Positions 26,685 through 39,923 of a DNA stretch of 64,000 bases are shown here, in pieces. The notes beneath the pieces are model-generated. The model was not told the origin of the DNA and did not search any database. It worked only from the letters and a program-made list of their open reading frames with translations. Where the stretch lies: assembly GCA_973895155.1 (NCBI GenBank), contig OZ316892.1:6555251-6619250 (forward strand), written 5' to 3'. Every line of letters begins with the position of its first letter. Positions within the stretch are counted from its first letter, which is position 1. The translations under genes and the position numbers were made by a program. This DNA is from Marsupella aquatica (lineage: Eukaryota; Plantae; Marchantiophyta).

Positions 26685-27130
26685 TATGCTCCAGAATGCC
26701 CTGAAAACTATACACAGATAAAAAAACCCAAAGGGGGTTAAGTTCCCAAAATGCCCTGAAAAACGCAAATAGAAAAACCACTAGGGGTGTTGAGCTCCCA
26801 GAATGCCTTGAAAAATACAAAAAAGGTGTTAAGTTCCCAGAATGCCCTCATAAATACACATAGAAAAAAACAGGAAGGGTGTTAAGTTCCCAGAATGCCC
26901 TGAAAAACACAAATAGAAAAACCACTAAGGGTGTTAAGTTCCCAGAATGCACTGAAAAACACAAATAGAAAACCCACTGAGGGTGTTAAGCTCCCAGAAT
27001 GCACTGAAAAACACAAATAGAAAAACCACTGAGGGTGTTAAGCTCCCAGAATGCCCTCAGAAATACAAATAGAAAAAAAACAGGAAGGGTGTTAAGTTCC
27101 CAGAATGCCCTGAAAATATAATGCCCTGAA
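26685..27130. repeat. Minisatellite, ~50-bp unit, about 9 copies
   Basis: Unit ~ccagaatgccctgaaaaacacaaatagaaaaaccactaagggtgttaagttc repeated head to tail. Confidence 0.9.
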
Positions 27131-27711
27131 ATATACACAAGGGGAAAAAAAACACGAAGGAGATTACGTTAGGGGAAGCTCCACGAGAGGGAGGGAGGCA
27201 GAAGAGAAGCGAAGAGAAGAGAAGAGTTCACTCTCCCAGCTTGAAGACCCAGGAATCAAGCAAAGGGGGCTACCTCTGAAAAGAGGAGGATGAGCTTGAA
27301 GTTCCTGCGAGGGATCACGTAAGGGGGCTGTTGCTGAGGGCGAGGAGGGAGGCAGGGGAGCAGAGAAGGACCTCCTCCAACACGGTGAATTCATCCAATA
27401 ATACAGTTCAGTTGCTTTCGCATTGCACAGCTTTGGTGGGAACCAAAGCTGCAGAACTTGCATAATTTTTGCTCCGCTGGGATTGGATTGGAAACAGAGC
27501 AGAGCAGAGCAGAGCAGAGCAGAAACAACGGTGATGGGCTCCTCATTTCGTTTTACTCTGGTTTGGAGTTGCGGCGGAAATTGATGAGGCAGATTGCTGG
27601 AGAATGCGTGAACGCGCTGGAGACAGAGAACGAAAAGGAGAACAGGATTTGTGGGCCTTCTTCTTCTTCTATCGTTTTCCTTTGATCTGAGGGAAGAGGA
27701 GGAAGACGAGG

Positions 27712-30700
27712 ATGGGGGAGGAGCGGCGGAGTCTGAAGGTGAGGGACGGGCGGCCGGTGGTGAAGGCGCCGTCAGACCAACGCCTCTACCAGGTAATCCA
27801 TTTGGAGAATGGGCTCACTGCGCTTCTAATCCACGACCCTCTTATGTCAGATAGCACAGGCGGTGGAGGAGGTGGAGCAGCATCGTCGGATGAGGCAGAG
27901 TCAGGGACGGAAATTGGATCCGAGGAAGAGGGAGAGGACGAAGATGAAGAGGAAGAAGAGGAGGAGGAAGAAGAGGAATTAGGTCGTGAGAATCATGGCC
28001 ATAGGGGGATGGATGTCGAAAATTCAGTAGGTTGTCAAGATGGTGGCTGTGATCATGACCATGATCATGAAAATTCCAGAAAGCGGTCTCACATGGGCAG
28101 CCAAGAAAGTGACACGGAAGGTGAAGAGGAAATGTTAAGTGACGCGGAAGAGGGAGCACCGACAAGGAAACAGTCTGGAATGGCTCCCACAAAAAAGGCT
28201 GCAGCTGCAATGTGCGTTGGTGTGGGGAGTTTTTCCGACCCTCAAGATGCTCAGGGCTTAGCTCACTTTCTTGAGCACATGCTGTTCATGGGGAGCTCAA
28301 AATTTCCAGATGAGAATGAGTATGATTTCTTTCTATCTAAACATGGGGGTGGATCGAATGCTTTTACTGACACAGAGTATACCTGCTATCACTTTGATGT
28401 CAACCACAATCACCTCAAGCCTGTTCTCGACAGGTTTTCCCAGTTTTTCGTGTCTCCTCTTGGTAAGGCTGAAGCCATGAATCGTGAAGTCCAGGCAATA
28501 GATTCGGAGTTCAATCAGGTACTTCAAAGTGATAGTTGTCGACTGCTGCAGCTACAGTGCCATACCGCTGACCCTAAGCATCCATTTCACACGTTTTCTT
28601 GGGGAAACAAGGAAAGTTTGGGGGTACCAATGGCGAAAGGTGTGGATATGAGAGGTAAAATGTTTGAACTCTACAACAAGTACTATACAGCAGGGCGGAT
28701 GAAATTGACTGTTCTTGGCGGTGAACCGCTGGACACCTTGAAGAAATGGGTGACAGAGTTGTTCGGAGAAGTTCAAAGTGGCAATGAGGGCAAGCTGTCG
28801 TTCTCCTGGACAGGCCCTATATGGGAGAAGGGAAGATTATACCGGGTGGAATCAGTGAAAGATCAGCATCTTGTTTCTCTTATCTGGCCCTTTCCAACTC
28901 TTGAAAGTGCTTACCTAAAGAAACCTCAAGACTACATCTCACACCTTGTTGGCCATGAGGGCAGTGGCAGTCTACTGTCACTTTTGAAGGATAAAGGATG
29001 GGCAACTGAGCTCTCAGCTGGAGTAGGTGAAGGTGGATATGAGCGCAGCAGTGCGGGTTACCTTTTTAACGTGAATATACATCTTACAGCCATTGGTCTT
29101 GAGAACGTGTTGGATGTCGTTGGTCTCTTTTACCAGTATGTTAAGATGCTTCGCGAGACTGGACCGCAGGAGTGGGTTTTTCATGAACTTCAAGCCATGG
29201 CTGCGATGGAATTCAAGTTTGCTGAAGAAGAATCAGCTGATAATTATGTGGTCCGCATGGCATCAAATATGCATATCTATTCTGAAGAACACACCGTCTA
29301 TGGGGATTATGCATTCGAAGAGTGGGATCCTAAAGCGGTCACTGATCTTCTATCCATCATCACTCCAGAAAACATGCGTTTGGATGTCCTCACCAAACAA
29401 TTTGATCGAAATTCTCGGGATATCAAAATTGAGCCATGGTTTGGGGTACCCTACACTGTGGAAGTACTTTCTGACGATGTGATCCAGGTTTGGGCAAATC
29501 CTCCTCATGTTGATTCTGCCTTGCACATGCCCATGGTAAATGAGTTCATACCCCGTGATTTCAGCATCCGTTCAGCTAATCCTGGAGCTGATACTTCAGA
29601 CGTGCCAACAATGCTTCGGAATGACTCATCTGTCAAAGTGTGGTACAAGCTGGACAAAACATTCAACACACCCAGAGCCAATGCATATTTTTCCATAACT
29701 CTCGGAGCAGGGTCTAAAAATGTGAAGGCATTTGTACTGGCTGAAGTCTATGTGAAACTTTTGCATGATGCTCTGATTGAAACTCTGTACCTGGCCAATG
29801 TGGCAAAGCTCGAATCATCAATGTCAATTTCTGGAGGCAAACTTGAACTGAAGCTTTTTGGGTTCAATGAGAAACTCCCTGTACTTGCCCGCAAGATTGC
29901 TGAGCTATATCGGACATTTGTGCCCAGTGAAGACCGCTTTCAGGCTATGAAGGAAGATTTGGAAAGATTTTACCGAAATACGAATATGAAGCCCCTGAAA
30001 CATTCTGCTTACTTGAGACTCCAGATTCTTCAACAGCGCTTTTGGCATGTGGATGAGAAACTCACATGCCTCCTGTCTCTCTCTCGAGAAGATGTTCTGG
30101 AATTCGTTACTCAGCTCTTTGAGCAGACTTACATGGAAGTTTTGTGCCATGGAAACCTGTCAGAAGACGAGGCACTCATCATCGTCAAGATCTTCGAGGA
30201 GGCTCTCGTTTCCAAGGTCTTGCCTCCTGAATTAAGGCCAAAGGAATTGGTTTACAAGCTGCCATTCAATTCATTCGTCTATGATGGGGATGTCAAGAAC
30301 GAGTCTGAGGACAATTCAGTCGTTGAGACGTATTTTCAACTGGAACAAGATTTGGGTCAACAATCCTTGCGATCCAGGGCCATGCTCGATCTTTTTGAAG
30401 CAATCGTCGACGAACCCTGCTTCAATCAGCTGAGGACAAAGGAGCAGCTTGGTTACGGCGTGGACTGTGGGTTGCGAGTTACACATCAAGTGTTAGGATT
30501 TTGCTTTCGAGTTCAGTCCTCAAAGTATCCACCACCTTTTCTTCATGAACGCATAAATGCCTTCATTGGCACAATTCAACAGATCTTAACGGGTAAGAGC
30601 GATGAGGAGTTTGAAAGTTACAAGGAGGCCCTCATTGCAGACAAAATGGAGAGGGATCACTCTTTAATCGATGAAACAGACCGCTACTGGGAGCAGATAT

Positions 30701-30963
30701 GGGAGAGAAGATACTTGTTCGAGGCCAGGAAGCTTGAAGCCATGGAAGTACAGGGTATTCAAAAGCGAGATGTTATCAACTGGTTTTCCAATTATCTCAA
30801 TCTGGGTTCGCCGAATCAAAGAAAGCTAAGCATTCACGTCTGGGGCAGCAATTGTTCTCGAACTGATGCAGTTCAAAAACTAGAATCTGTTGAGCAGGTG
30901 GTCAAAATCACCGACGTCTTAGCTTTCAAAAACTCTCTGGAACTGTTCCCAGCTCCAATTTAA
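27712..30963 (+). CDS. Nardilysin-like / insulinase (M16A) zinc metallopeptidase, single exon, 1083 aa
   Basis: Inverted zinc motif HFLEH in GLAHFLEHMLFMGS, plus GGSNAFT, REVQAIDSE and FNQLRTKEQLGY. Long Glu/Asp insertion near the N-terminus, characteristic of nardilysin. Confidence 0.95.
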   Translation: MGEERRSLKVRDGRPVVKAPSDQRLYQVIHLENGLTALLIHDPLMSDSTGGGGGGAASSDEAESGTEIGSEEEGEDEDEEEEEEEEEEELGRENHGHRGMDVENSVGCQDGGCDHDHDHENSRKRSHMGSQESDTEGEEEMLSDAEEGAPTRKQSGMAPTKKAAAAMCVGVGSFSDPQDAQGLAHFLEHMLFMGSSKFPDENEYDFFLSKHGGGSNAFTDTEYTCYHFDVNHNHLKPVLDRFSQFFVSPLGKAEAMNREVQAIDSEFNQVLQSDSCRLLQLQCHTADPKHPFHTFSWGNKESLGVPMAKGVDMRGKMFELYNKYYTAGRMKLTVLGGEPLDTLKKWVTELFGEVQSGNEGKLSFSWTGPIWEKGRLYRVESVKDQHLVSLIWPFPTLESAYLKKPQDYISHLVGHEGSGSLLSLLKDKGWATELSAGVGEGGYERSSAGYLFNVNIHLTAIGLENVLDVVGLFYQYVKMLRETGPQEWVFHELQAMAAMEFKFAEEESADNYVVRMASNMHIYSEEHTVYGDYAFEEWDPKAVTDLLSIITPENMRLDVLTKQFDRNSRDIKIEPWFGVPYTVEVLSDDVIQVWANPPHVDSALHMPMVNEFIPRDFSIRSANPGADTSDVPTMLRNDSSVKVWYKLDKTFNTPRANAYFSITLGAGSKNVKAFVLAEVYVKLLHDALIETLYLANVAKLESSMSISGGKLELKLFGFNEKLPVLARKIAELYRTFVPSEDRFQAMKEDLERFYRNTNMKPLKHSAYLRLQILQQRFWHVDEKLTCLLSLSREDVLEFVTQLFEQTYMEVLCHGNLSEDEALIIVKIFEEALVSKVLPPELRPKELVYKLPFNSFVYDGDVKNESEDNSVVETYFQLEQDLGQQSLRSRAMLDLFEAIVDEPCFNQLRTKEQLGYGVDCGLRVTHQVLGFCFRVQSSKYPPPFLHERINAFIGTIQQILTGKSDEEFESYKEALIADKMERDHSLIDETDRYWEQIWERRYLFEARKLEAMEVQGIQKRDVINWFSNYLNLGSPNQRKLSIHVWGSNCSRTDAVQKLESVEQVVKITDVLAFKNSLELFPAPI

Positions 30964-32971
30964 AATTGGCAGCAAATTTTTACGAGTAAAATTCCATCAT
31001 TTATTCCACGAAAGTAGTTTTTCCTTTGTAGAGTCTTGAAAAACTCGATACTGAGATTGAAGCAGAACCTGACACGAATATCACATATGTCTCAGGTTTA
31101 AACAGTAGTCTAGATCGGCTCGAATTCTTAAGCAGGCACAATTTTCAGCAGAGTGAAGCATTCCATTATTTAAGGGAAATGGTATTCTTTTGTTAGATCT
31201 CAATATTTGATAAGTGAAGTGTCCAAGCCACATCAAAGAGTATCATCTGAGCTCTCCTAAATAGTGTGGCACGGTCTCCAAGGTTACAAGAGTAAAAATT
31301 TTGAATTTCGTGAACCATTCGCTATGGAAAGTGTTTCCAGTGTTCAATCTCAGAAACGGGTGTTCTTCAAGCAGGACCTGTGTCCCAGATCAATGAGCTT
31401 CTAGATGTCTTGGCTCTTAAACACAGGCTGGATGCGTACTAGTTGCAATTTACAAGTAGTCAACAAAGTTCAATAGAGTGATAAACTCCGTAGTCTAGTC
31501 TAAAGAAATCGATGTTTCTTTTCTGAATTCGACACAAGGCTTCAAGTCCTTATATGTCTGATTGGTTGTCACAACACAAAATTCACGACAACACTATATT
31601 CACGGACAGATAGAGCAACAACCAGAAGCCTGTTGGCCGGCCCAATCCAATTCCGACTCACACGCTGATGAGCTCTGCAATTTCTCACAAATAGCAGAAC
31701 TAATTTGAAGGGTCCTGCACATTCTAACAATTCTACAGATGGTTGTCTTACCCGTTACAGCATCAAATTATCACATACTACTAAAGCACACACGGCCAAT
31801 TGTGGCAATGCCTCATGCAGTGGATTAACCAAAGACTGGTGCACGTAGCTCGGCATAGAACCAGCTTGTAAAGACATATACTGCCTTAACAGAGCCCGGC
31901 TGGGTGATGTGTCGCATGAAACTAGGAAACAGGCTAGCACAATGTGATGCACAAAGCGAGCCTGGACCTGCTCCTCCTTGTACGTGGCAATTTTGAGTTG
32001 CAATTCCGTTGAGACCAAAAGTTTCCCCTCACGGTCAATTTGGACAAACTTTCAGTGATTCGAAAATTTCCCAAACTCTGTTATCACATTTGCCCGCGAT
32101 TCCCAAGATATCATGGCACCATTTCTACTTTTTTTCTTTCAAACTTTCTTTCTTTGCGTGCAACTGGCTTGTGGGAGGAGCAAATTCCGCATTTATATAT
32201 TTTTGTGTAGCCTAATCCCATATGTTATATGAGGAGCCAACCTATCTGATTCCAATTTGGGCATAACATGTACTGGGTAGAAGCATTACGACATGATTTG
32301 GAACATAACCCAAGTTGTGTAGTCAGCCCCTGGGATTGAACTTGGGCAGAACTAGCTGATTTGGAACATAAACCATGTTATCTGTAGGAGCACCCCTGGT
32401 CACCTAGACTGGCCAACAATTCCTACTTGAGTGATTGGCACCAGTTTTCCTTATTGGTAGTAATTATTGGTAATCGAGCGCCTCTTATGTTCAAAGAATT
32501 GTCGTTGTATGATAGAAGGGATCCGTTACAAAATTTGTCCTCTACTGTAACTAAACACTTCAAAGCCTAGAAGCTCAAAAAAGCTCGAAGACTTACCAAT
32601 TTATCCGGTGGGCCATCATTCTACAAAAAAGTACTTGCACGGACTACCTCAACATCTCAACACCCTATCTCAATTAGAGGGCATCCTGAGCAAACTTCGA
32701 GACTACAAAAAGAACAGTCCAAAGTCCTTCTGCGGGTAATCCATTGGTAAATACAGGAGCCTCAGAGCACAAGGTAGGCAAGCAGTGTTACATGCTTTGG
32801 ATCATCAATCAAAGCCTGCTGTTATTGGTCTTCGTACAAAACACAGTGCAGAACCATTATGCACAAAAATTCAGCACTCGCTTCCCAGACAGTGGATTTC
32901 ACTGCCAAATGTCTCAAAAAATAGGATCGCAGGCACTACCGTCGTACAGAGCTTTTGGATGCAATCCATGG

Positions 32972-35900
32972 TCATGTGCCAAAGCTGCGGTCACCAGCAT
33001 CTCCAAGGCCTGGGACAATGTACCTGACATTTGTAGGGCAAATAAGGTGATCCACAATAGGGACCATGTACCAGGAATGGTAAATACAGTTCACTGTCTC
33101 ATTAACTGTTTTCCGTCTTCACTTTCACAACGCTCAATCGATAATCATTCCAAGATTTCCCATAATCACATAAAGGACAACTCACCCCTTTTCATTGAGA
33201 GTTTCATCAATGATACCGGTGTAAACATGCAACCTGCCACAACAAATGAGAATGTAATCAGTTTGTTTGAACTTGGAAACGAATGGAATACCTCACTTCC
33301 ATCAAATATAGATAATAGAGGCCGGAGCAAAGCTTGAGACTTACCCGGGAAATTTCTTGCTCAACTTTTCCAAAGCTGGCGGAGCAGCAACTGCAGCAAT
33401 CTATGGACAAGATATCCAGAATACATTAGGGAATCGTGACAGGATGATACTTGATACAAAGAGGCACACATAATACCCTGCCTAGGCGAAGTGGTCAAAC
33501 GTGCTGCTAGGAAGTCTGAGATCCACAGATACAATGTAGAGTAAGGTCGTCTTACCACACGAATAAGCTTATGATTTACACCACGGCGTACGAGCTCCTC
33601 GATCGCGGCAACAATTGTACCACCTGTGAACAGAAACAGGAGATTCGCTTCGACAATTTCAAAATCCAGCATTAAAACTGACAACTACTTCTCATACTTC
33701 TTCCAGGATGACACAATCTACAAAAACATTTACTTTGTGGAATCCAAACCAGGATATCAGGATCTAACAAGGCTTTCGAAAAGTCAAATGTTCGACTTCA
33801 GGTTCAGGTAAAAACAATTTAGTACTAACCATACATGCCCCCTACGGTACAATTCTTTCCTTCTCCTACGGTACCATTGAACAAAAGTTTGAGAAAATAT
33901 TTACGCAAACCACTTTATATTCCTGCATGCCTAGTTCCATCGCACAGAGATATATTGTAGTAAGGAAGTAAACTTGAGAATACCAGTTGCCAGCATGGGG
34001 TCCGTGACGAGCACTCTCGAGTTCTCAGGAAATTTTTCTGGAAGCCTGCAGTTCAAGAAGTTGATGAACGTTGCATGACCTTTGTCCAAACTTATCTGTC
34101 AAGACATTCCAAGCCTTGATTGAAACTAGGAGGTAGAGGCTACAATCTTAGATATGCTTTCTTTGAGATACAAACGTGATAATCAGTCTACTGAGAATAG
34201 GCAAAATCTTGCATATTAGGAATACCACACTAACAATCCTCAGTTGTCATCCATGTGCTTCCAAAACCGCAAACTATTGCAGGACACTCGAGCTAATGGA
34301 TGAAAGACATTATCTTGAACAGGTGATATGTAAATAAGGACAGTATCAGTCTATTCCAGCAAGAAATGCAAAATGGACTCACTTGTTCAGATAAAGTTTG
34401 GGCAGTAAAGTTTCCTCGTCCCGAACATATCCTGGTATACATTCCAATGCACATTCAGCCACCCGGTCAAACATCCTCGCCAAAGACACGAAGAAAATAA
34501 AACGCCAACCCAATCAGTACTTTGAGAGAGATTAATAACCATTGACTGGCACATCACCTAGGTGATAGGTCTGAGTTGCTGGGAGAACTGTTGCCACCTG
34601 CTCCACAAGGACAAGTCCTGCCCTTAGGATGGGCACCACCTGCAAAGGTTGACATGGAAAAAAACTATCAGAACTCGCGTCATGGTTCATGAGGTCAATA
34701 ACCTTTAACGTCTACCTTGCACCATCTTCTTGAATATATGTAACAAGTATGTTAACTCCTCGTTGGTCGCACATAATGTCACGGCTCTTCCCTTGTAAGA
34801 CATATTTTGGGCATTTACTACACACCTCCAGTGTCTATAAGTTGCAAGAATTTATTGCTGTCGGAGAAAAACTAGGAAAAGAAAAGTCACTGAGAATCGA
34901 GCAATCAGGAACAGACCTTCACAGGCTCCCTTGGGTCAATGAACTCAACATCCGCCACTCCACAAGGTGTTTGTACTTCACCGCTTATTGTTACCTGTCA
35001 ACGACGGACGAAGGACAAACCCGCATATTTGAGGCGCAAATCCAGGACCCTGCATACTCTATTTTTATATTACACTCCCTTCAGAAACTCGTCTCCTCGC
35101 AAACATTCATCAGGAACATAAGGATACTCCCAACAATGAAACAAAACGAAGGGCCTTCAAGGCTGTCCCTTGATCTCTTTACGATGCACAGTCCCAACTG
35201 TTTTCAAAATCTTACCAGCCAATCACGGGAGGCTTCATAAATCAAAAGCCTTCCCAGCTCCGACATTGCACTCCCTGTTTAACAAAGAAGAGTCAGGAAG
35301 ATTTTCAAGCACCAAACAGGAATACGAACTTAGGCCAGGAATTTGGTACTATAAAAATGGCATGAAGGATCCCGCACAACCATGGGATGCAACAACATGT
35401 GGCAGTATTCCAGTCTGAAAGAAGCGATATTTTAAAATTCTGAGCAATAACATGAAACTAAGGTTTAAGTAATGCTATCGAAGGTTCCCTGCCCAAACAG
35501 TTCTCCAGTACAATCCACCACTGATATTCATGGCTATTTTAGTACATCAAATACAATGGGGCCAAACTTCTCAAAAGGAGCTAGTAATTGTACTTACTGA
35601 ATAGAGCAGGTGGAGTAATCTCATTGCGAAGAATTGACACGAAATGCTTGATGAGGGGATGCGGCGGAACGTATACCTGTCTCACGACAACAAATCGTAA
35701 AGGATAGATCTCACACTACTGAAACTGCAATATAAATGAAGCGAGCCGAGAACAAAAACATTAAAATACTAAAATCTGCTATCAATCGGTGAGCCCCTAT
35801 GATACCAAAATGTAACACTTCAAAGTAATTGAATTGACAGAATTCGGCTTTGCTTTATTCTCTACTCTGAAGGAGATTTTACGTGCGGCATGGACATCAA

Positions 35901-36803
35901 GACGGAGTTTCCAAAGTCTGCATCGAACCAGCATTTGGTCGCTGCCGATGGGTTTGTTGTGGACTGCCGCTGCACATTTCACGGACATACCTCTACTTGA
36001 ATTCGCCCCGCAGCGGGTGTCCATATGCACGTTACCTACCATCCGGCCCTGACAATGCCAACACCTACGAGTTAGATTCCCGAGCTAGTGAGGACTCCTT
36101 AGAAATAGAGCCCAGGAACTCCGACCAACAGCAAATCTATCCTCCGAAACGCCACAATACGACTAAAGCAACCCACACCACACAAGTTGCACTCACTTAT
36201 TGGGACGGAAACCGTGGAAAACCATGTTATGCACCCATTGGCTTTTAAATCGTCAACTCTCACGTGAAGCAGTCGTCATTCTACGTGGATACAATATCGA
36301 GAGAAATACGCAGGACCTGACTTCTACCTCTGAAGCTTCCAAGGCGTGTCATAGTTTCTATATCAAGGACACTATTCAAAGTCATACAAAAAAACACTCG
36401 GAACGCCAAATTCTCTGCTACAGTCCGCACGGCCCAACACAGATTGCAGACAGGAAGCATCAAAGGCGTCTTCGTGTCAGAAAAAAACCCTACACTCCAA
36501 CCGATGACAATGCCATACATTCTAGACCAAGAATTATTGTAACGTACACCACAGAAAAAGCTTATCTTCAATGACCAACTTTACTACAGAGATACGAACA
36601 TCGAAAAACCAGCTGAAATGGACAAAAGAGGGGAATGGAAACCCAGCTGAAATGGAACAAAGTGGGGAACGGCACCGGACAGTCCTCGAATTTCTCAAAG
36701 GGCGCTCGCTACTGCCTCCAATCGAGATCCACAGCTGGGTTGCAGCCGTCTGCCCCAAAGCAACGGAATTGAGACCACCACCGATAGCTGAAACCGCGGC
36801 CAT
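32972..36803 (-). CDS. UPP: Uracil phosphoribosyltransferase, plastid-type, ~12 exons
   Basis: Exons approx. 36803-36643, 36048-35929, 35676-35598 (VYVPPHPLIKHFVSILRNE), 35274-35216 (ELGRLLIYEASRDWL), 34994-34917, 34640-34558 (VVPILRAGL), 34432-34383 (YVRDEETL), 34046-33984 (DPMLATG), 33624-33555, 33401-33345, 33232-33185 and 33024-32972 (YIVPGLGDAGDRSFGT*). Confidence 0.92.
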
Positions 36804-37559
36804 CTCCCACAACAACAAGACCAGCTGCAACGAAATGATAGCAGAGTCGCAACCCCTGCATCCCCTGCTCTGCTCTGCTCTGCACTTCTTGGCCGAAAGC
36901 AAAGCCTCGTCTATCGGCGGATTCTCTTGCTATTACTCTTGTAGGCTAAGTACATTCGGCCATTTTCCTCTCGTGCGTAGTAATGGCACGGTAATCTTTA
37001 AACCACAACTACGTATAACTGTATTAGGGCCGTCTTGCATGGTGCAAGGTCCCTGAAAAATGGGCCCTTTCATTCACTCATGTCACTTTATCATTGAGAG
37101 ACAACTCTCTAGGCTGGCAGCATGACGGCAGCTAATGAGGAAAACTAAAGGCAAGGGCAGCAACATTTCCAGCCCTTCCCTTCAAGACCTTCAAATTTCA
37201 TAACAAACAAAGAACTTTACTTTACAAGAACAAATCACATACATCATTTACAGAGATCTTGTGATCTTGTGGACAACCCATATCTACTTTTTCCCTGTAT
37301 GTTAGGGAATGTACAGGGCAAGAATTGCAAGGACCATCACATGCAAGACAGCCCTAAATCTCAACCCAGGTAAGTACATTCGGCCATTTTACTCTTGTGC
37401 ATAATAATGACAGTCATCTTTAAACCACAACTACTTGTATAAGAGTTATAGGTTAATCCTAGGTCTCATGATACATTGCACATTCAGTTTCATTAGGAAT
37501 GGGCTTGGGCTCCACTTTTATGGTGAGGACACTGTTCACCACAGGACAAGAATGAGCAG

Positions 37560-39170
37560 TAGCCAAGCAGAGAATGGAGCTTCTATATGAGTTGCGGAAC
37601 TCGACTACCTTAACACTTAGCTCCGGCGTCACTGACTCCGACGCAAACTCCCTTATGGTCCAGGCCCGGATAGGCCATCCGGAGAGGACTTAGCATGGGG
37701 AGACTTGTGGGCAATGAGACGTGGCACTAGCGAAGGGGCAAGGAGCCAAGCTGGTGATACACATTAAGGACTTAGGCTAGATGAGAGCTGGTCGGGTCAA
37801 GGGGAAAAGGGGCCGGGCTCAAGGTCAACCGTCCGGACCCCCGGATGGACTTTGAGTTCTGAGGGCTTGAGTGTGAACTCCTCTTGGGCCCAAAGCCAAT
37901 GGAATTGACGCCATGGGTAACGGACATTTGAGGCGTGAATTATGGCCCAATCCGGGTTTGGCCGATCGGGGACCCCGAGCAGCAATGAGGCCTGAGGGCC
38001 TAGGCATGAACACTGGGCCCAATCACAACGGGCTAAGGCACTCCGCTTGCGGACGCCTAACGAGAAAGTTATGGGCGTTGCCAGTTGTGGCGCTCCCAGT
38101 ATGCGCGATAGGATCCGGGTTGGAGGCCAAAAGCTTAGGGACCAAAGTTGGTTCGGGGGTAGCAGGTCTCCAGAAGCATATATGAGGGGAGTGGTGTCTC
38201 CCTGGGGGCCAAGGGCGAGCCGAGGTTGTGAGCCGCGACGGTCGCAACACTAAGGAAAAGCGTCAAACGGAAACGGTGATATCTTCCCAACGAGAAGTTT
38301 GTTGGAGGACTTTTTGGGTGCATTGGAAATCTCTCAAGGAGGGCTACGTCCTCCTGAGCTCATCTGGGTCTGTGGGCACCATGGGTTCTAGAGGTTTGTG
38401 GGTGTTAGCTCGCCCGCTTGTCAAATCTTACCGAACAGCAGCCAAGCCGCGTTCAGTCTCCTAAGGGAGCTTGCGTTGGGGAGGCAAGGCCAAGTAGGCG
38501 TTTAGGTTGAGTTCCAAGGGTGCTTGGCCCCTAGACCATCAGTGGGGCGAGAACCGGGAGTTGATTGCTAGAGTCGGGGCCATTCTAGTCCCGGCATGTT
38601 GGGACAAGCTTGGGACAAGCTTTAAGACAAGCTACACTATTTGGGCCATGAGCATGTCCTGGGGTCAAGGCGGTCAGTTGGTGATGGATAGGTATGAGGG
38701 GGAACCCGGGCCGCACCCAAGGAAGGAGTTGTTCTGGACGAACAGTGGGCGTGGGTTCTGGTTTTGGCTTATGGCATCGGGAGGACCTATCGCTGACCTA
38801 TTTACCAACGTCTGTTGAGCTTGAGTTAGGATGCTAGACTTGGCGAGTTCTAGATCTTGAAGGGTTACTCACCGAGGTGCTTGGTTGCTTGTGCAAGCAG
38901 TGAGGACCATTGAGTAGCGGTCGAGTTGGTGAGCAAGTGCGGCTTCGTATGGGAGGGGTCGCGGGTTGGTGTAAGGGGCACTAGGTTACTTGCTCGAGGT
39001 ATTCGTGGAGGCGTTCGGGCACCAGGGGCACTTAGGAGTGGGTGTTGGGATTGGTGAGGGCGCTGGGTGGCAAGGTCCACCACTATATGGGAAGGTGTGG
39101 TTTAACCATTTGGTGTTGTTGCCCTAGCTTGCATTTGAACTTTGTCTTGTGTATTCCCCCCCCCCCCCCC
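37560..39170. mobile_element. GC-rich repeat, probable retrotransposon (LTR-like) remnant
   Basis: Shares blocks with 55800-56100 (ggacccc...gagt(t/c)ctgagg; gcccaatcacaacggg...aaggca...gac(g/a)cctaac(g/a)aga). No intact ORF. Class is inferred. Confidence 0.45.
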
Positions 39171-39923
39171 CCCAGTCACAAATAGACCTTTCCTCTCACC
39201 TCTAACAGCACATCATTCATCATGGGACTAGTCTTGTGAACCAACTGCCACTTGTGGTCTTTGAATTTCAATTGCCAGGAACCCTCCTTTCCCCAAAATT
39301 CCATTACAAATGTCAGAGATGGCCATAACTTAAAAATTAATTAATTAATCTTAAAAAGTGGTCATAACTTCAACTTCCTTTTCTCTTGTGGCATTTGAGA
39401 TTCAAGTGTCATGGACTTCCTTTCCCTAAAATTGCCAATGTCATAGATGGCCATAACTCTAACTTTCCCTCTTGCCTCCAAGGGTATCTCAAACCTTAGA
39501 ACTTGATGTACCTTAGGTTACAGATAGAAAAATTATAGATTACCTATTTCATAGTCCATGACTTTTTACTGTAACGTGTTCAATATCCAAGACAGTAAGT
39601 AACTATAGAGGTTAGTGAAAACAAACCAAAAACAACATTACAAAACCTTTTGAGAAAAGCTACAGCCATTTTTTTATTTCCAAAAGCCAACACCCATTAC
39701 CCCATTTATTTATTGCCAAAAGCCAACACCCATTACCGTGAAGCTTTGAGACACCCTATTGTCACCAAGTCCCAATAGCCTCCTCTTTATGAGTCCCAGT
39801 ACATAATGCAACAATTTTCCCAATCAGATGTCAAGAACACGGTGAACCTCTGTCTATGATAACTTCCATTACTGGCTCAAACAGGCTTTTTGGCTTCCTT
39901 ATCACCCTTCTCGTTTATGGAAA

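Noticed and set aside
26685-27130. CRISPR-like array
   Set aside because: Units are contiguous without unique spacers, there are no cas genes, and the context is eukaryotic. It is a minisatellite.
32744-33337. 197-aa + strand ORF (and other 60-160 aa ORFs overlapping UPP, SPF30, nardilysin and PGM)
   Set aside because: Antisense or off-frame shadows of real exons and introns, with no domain signal.
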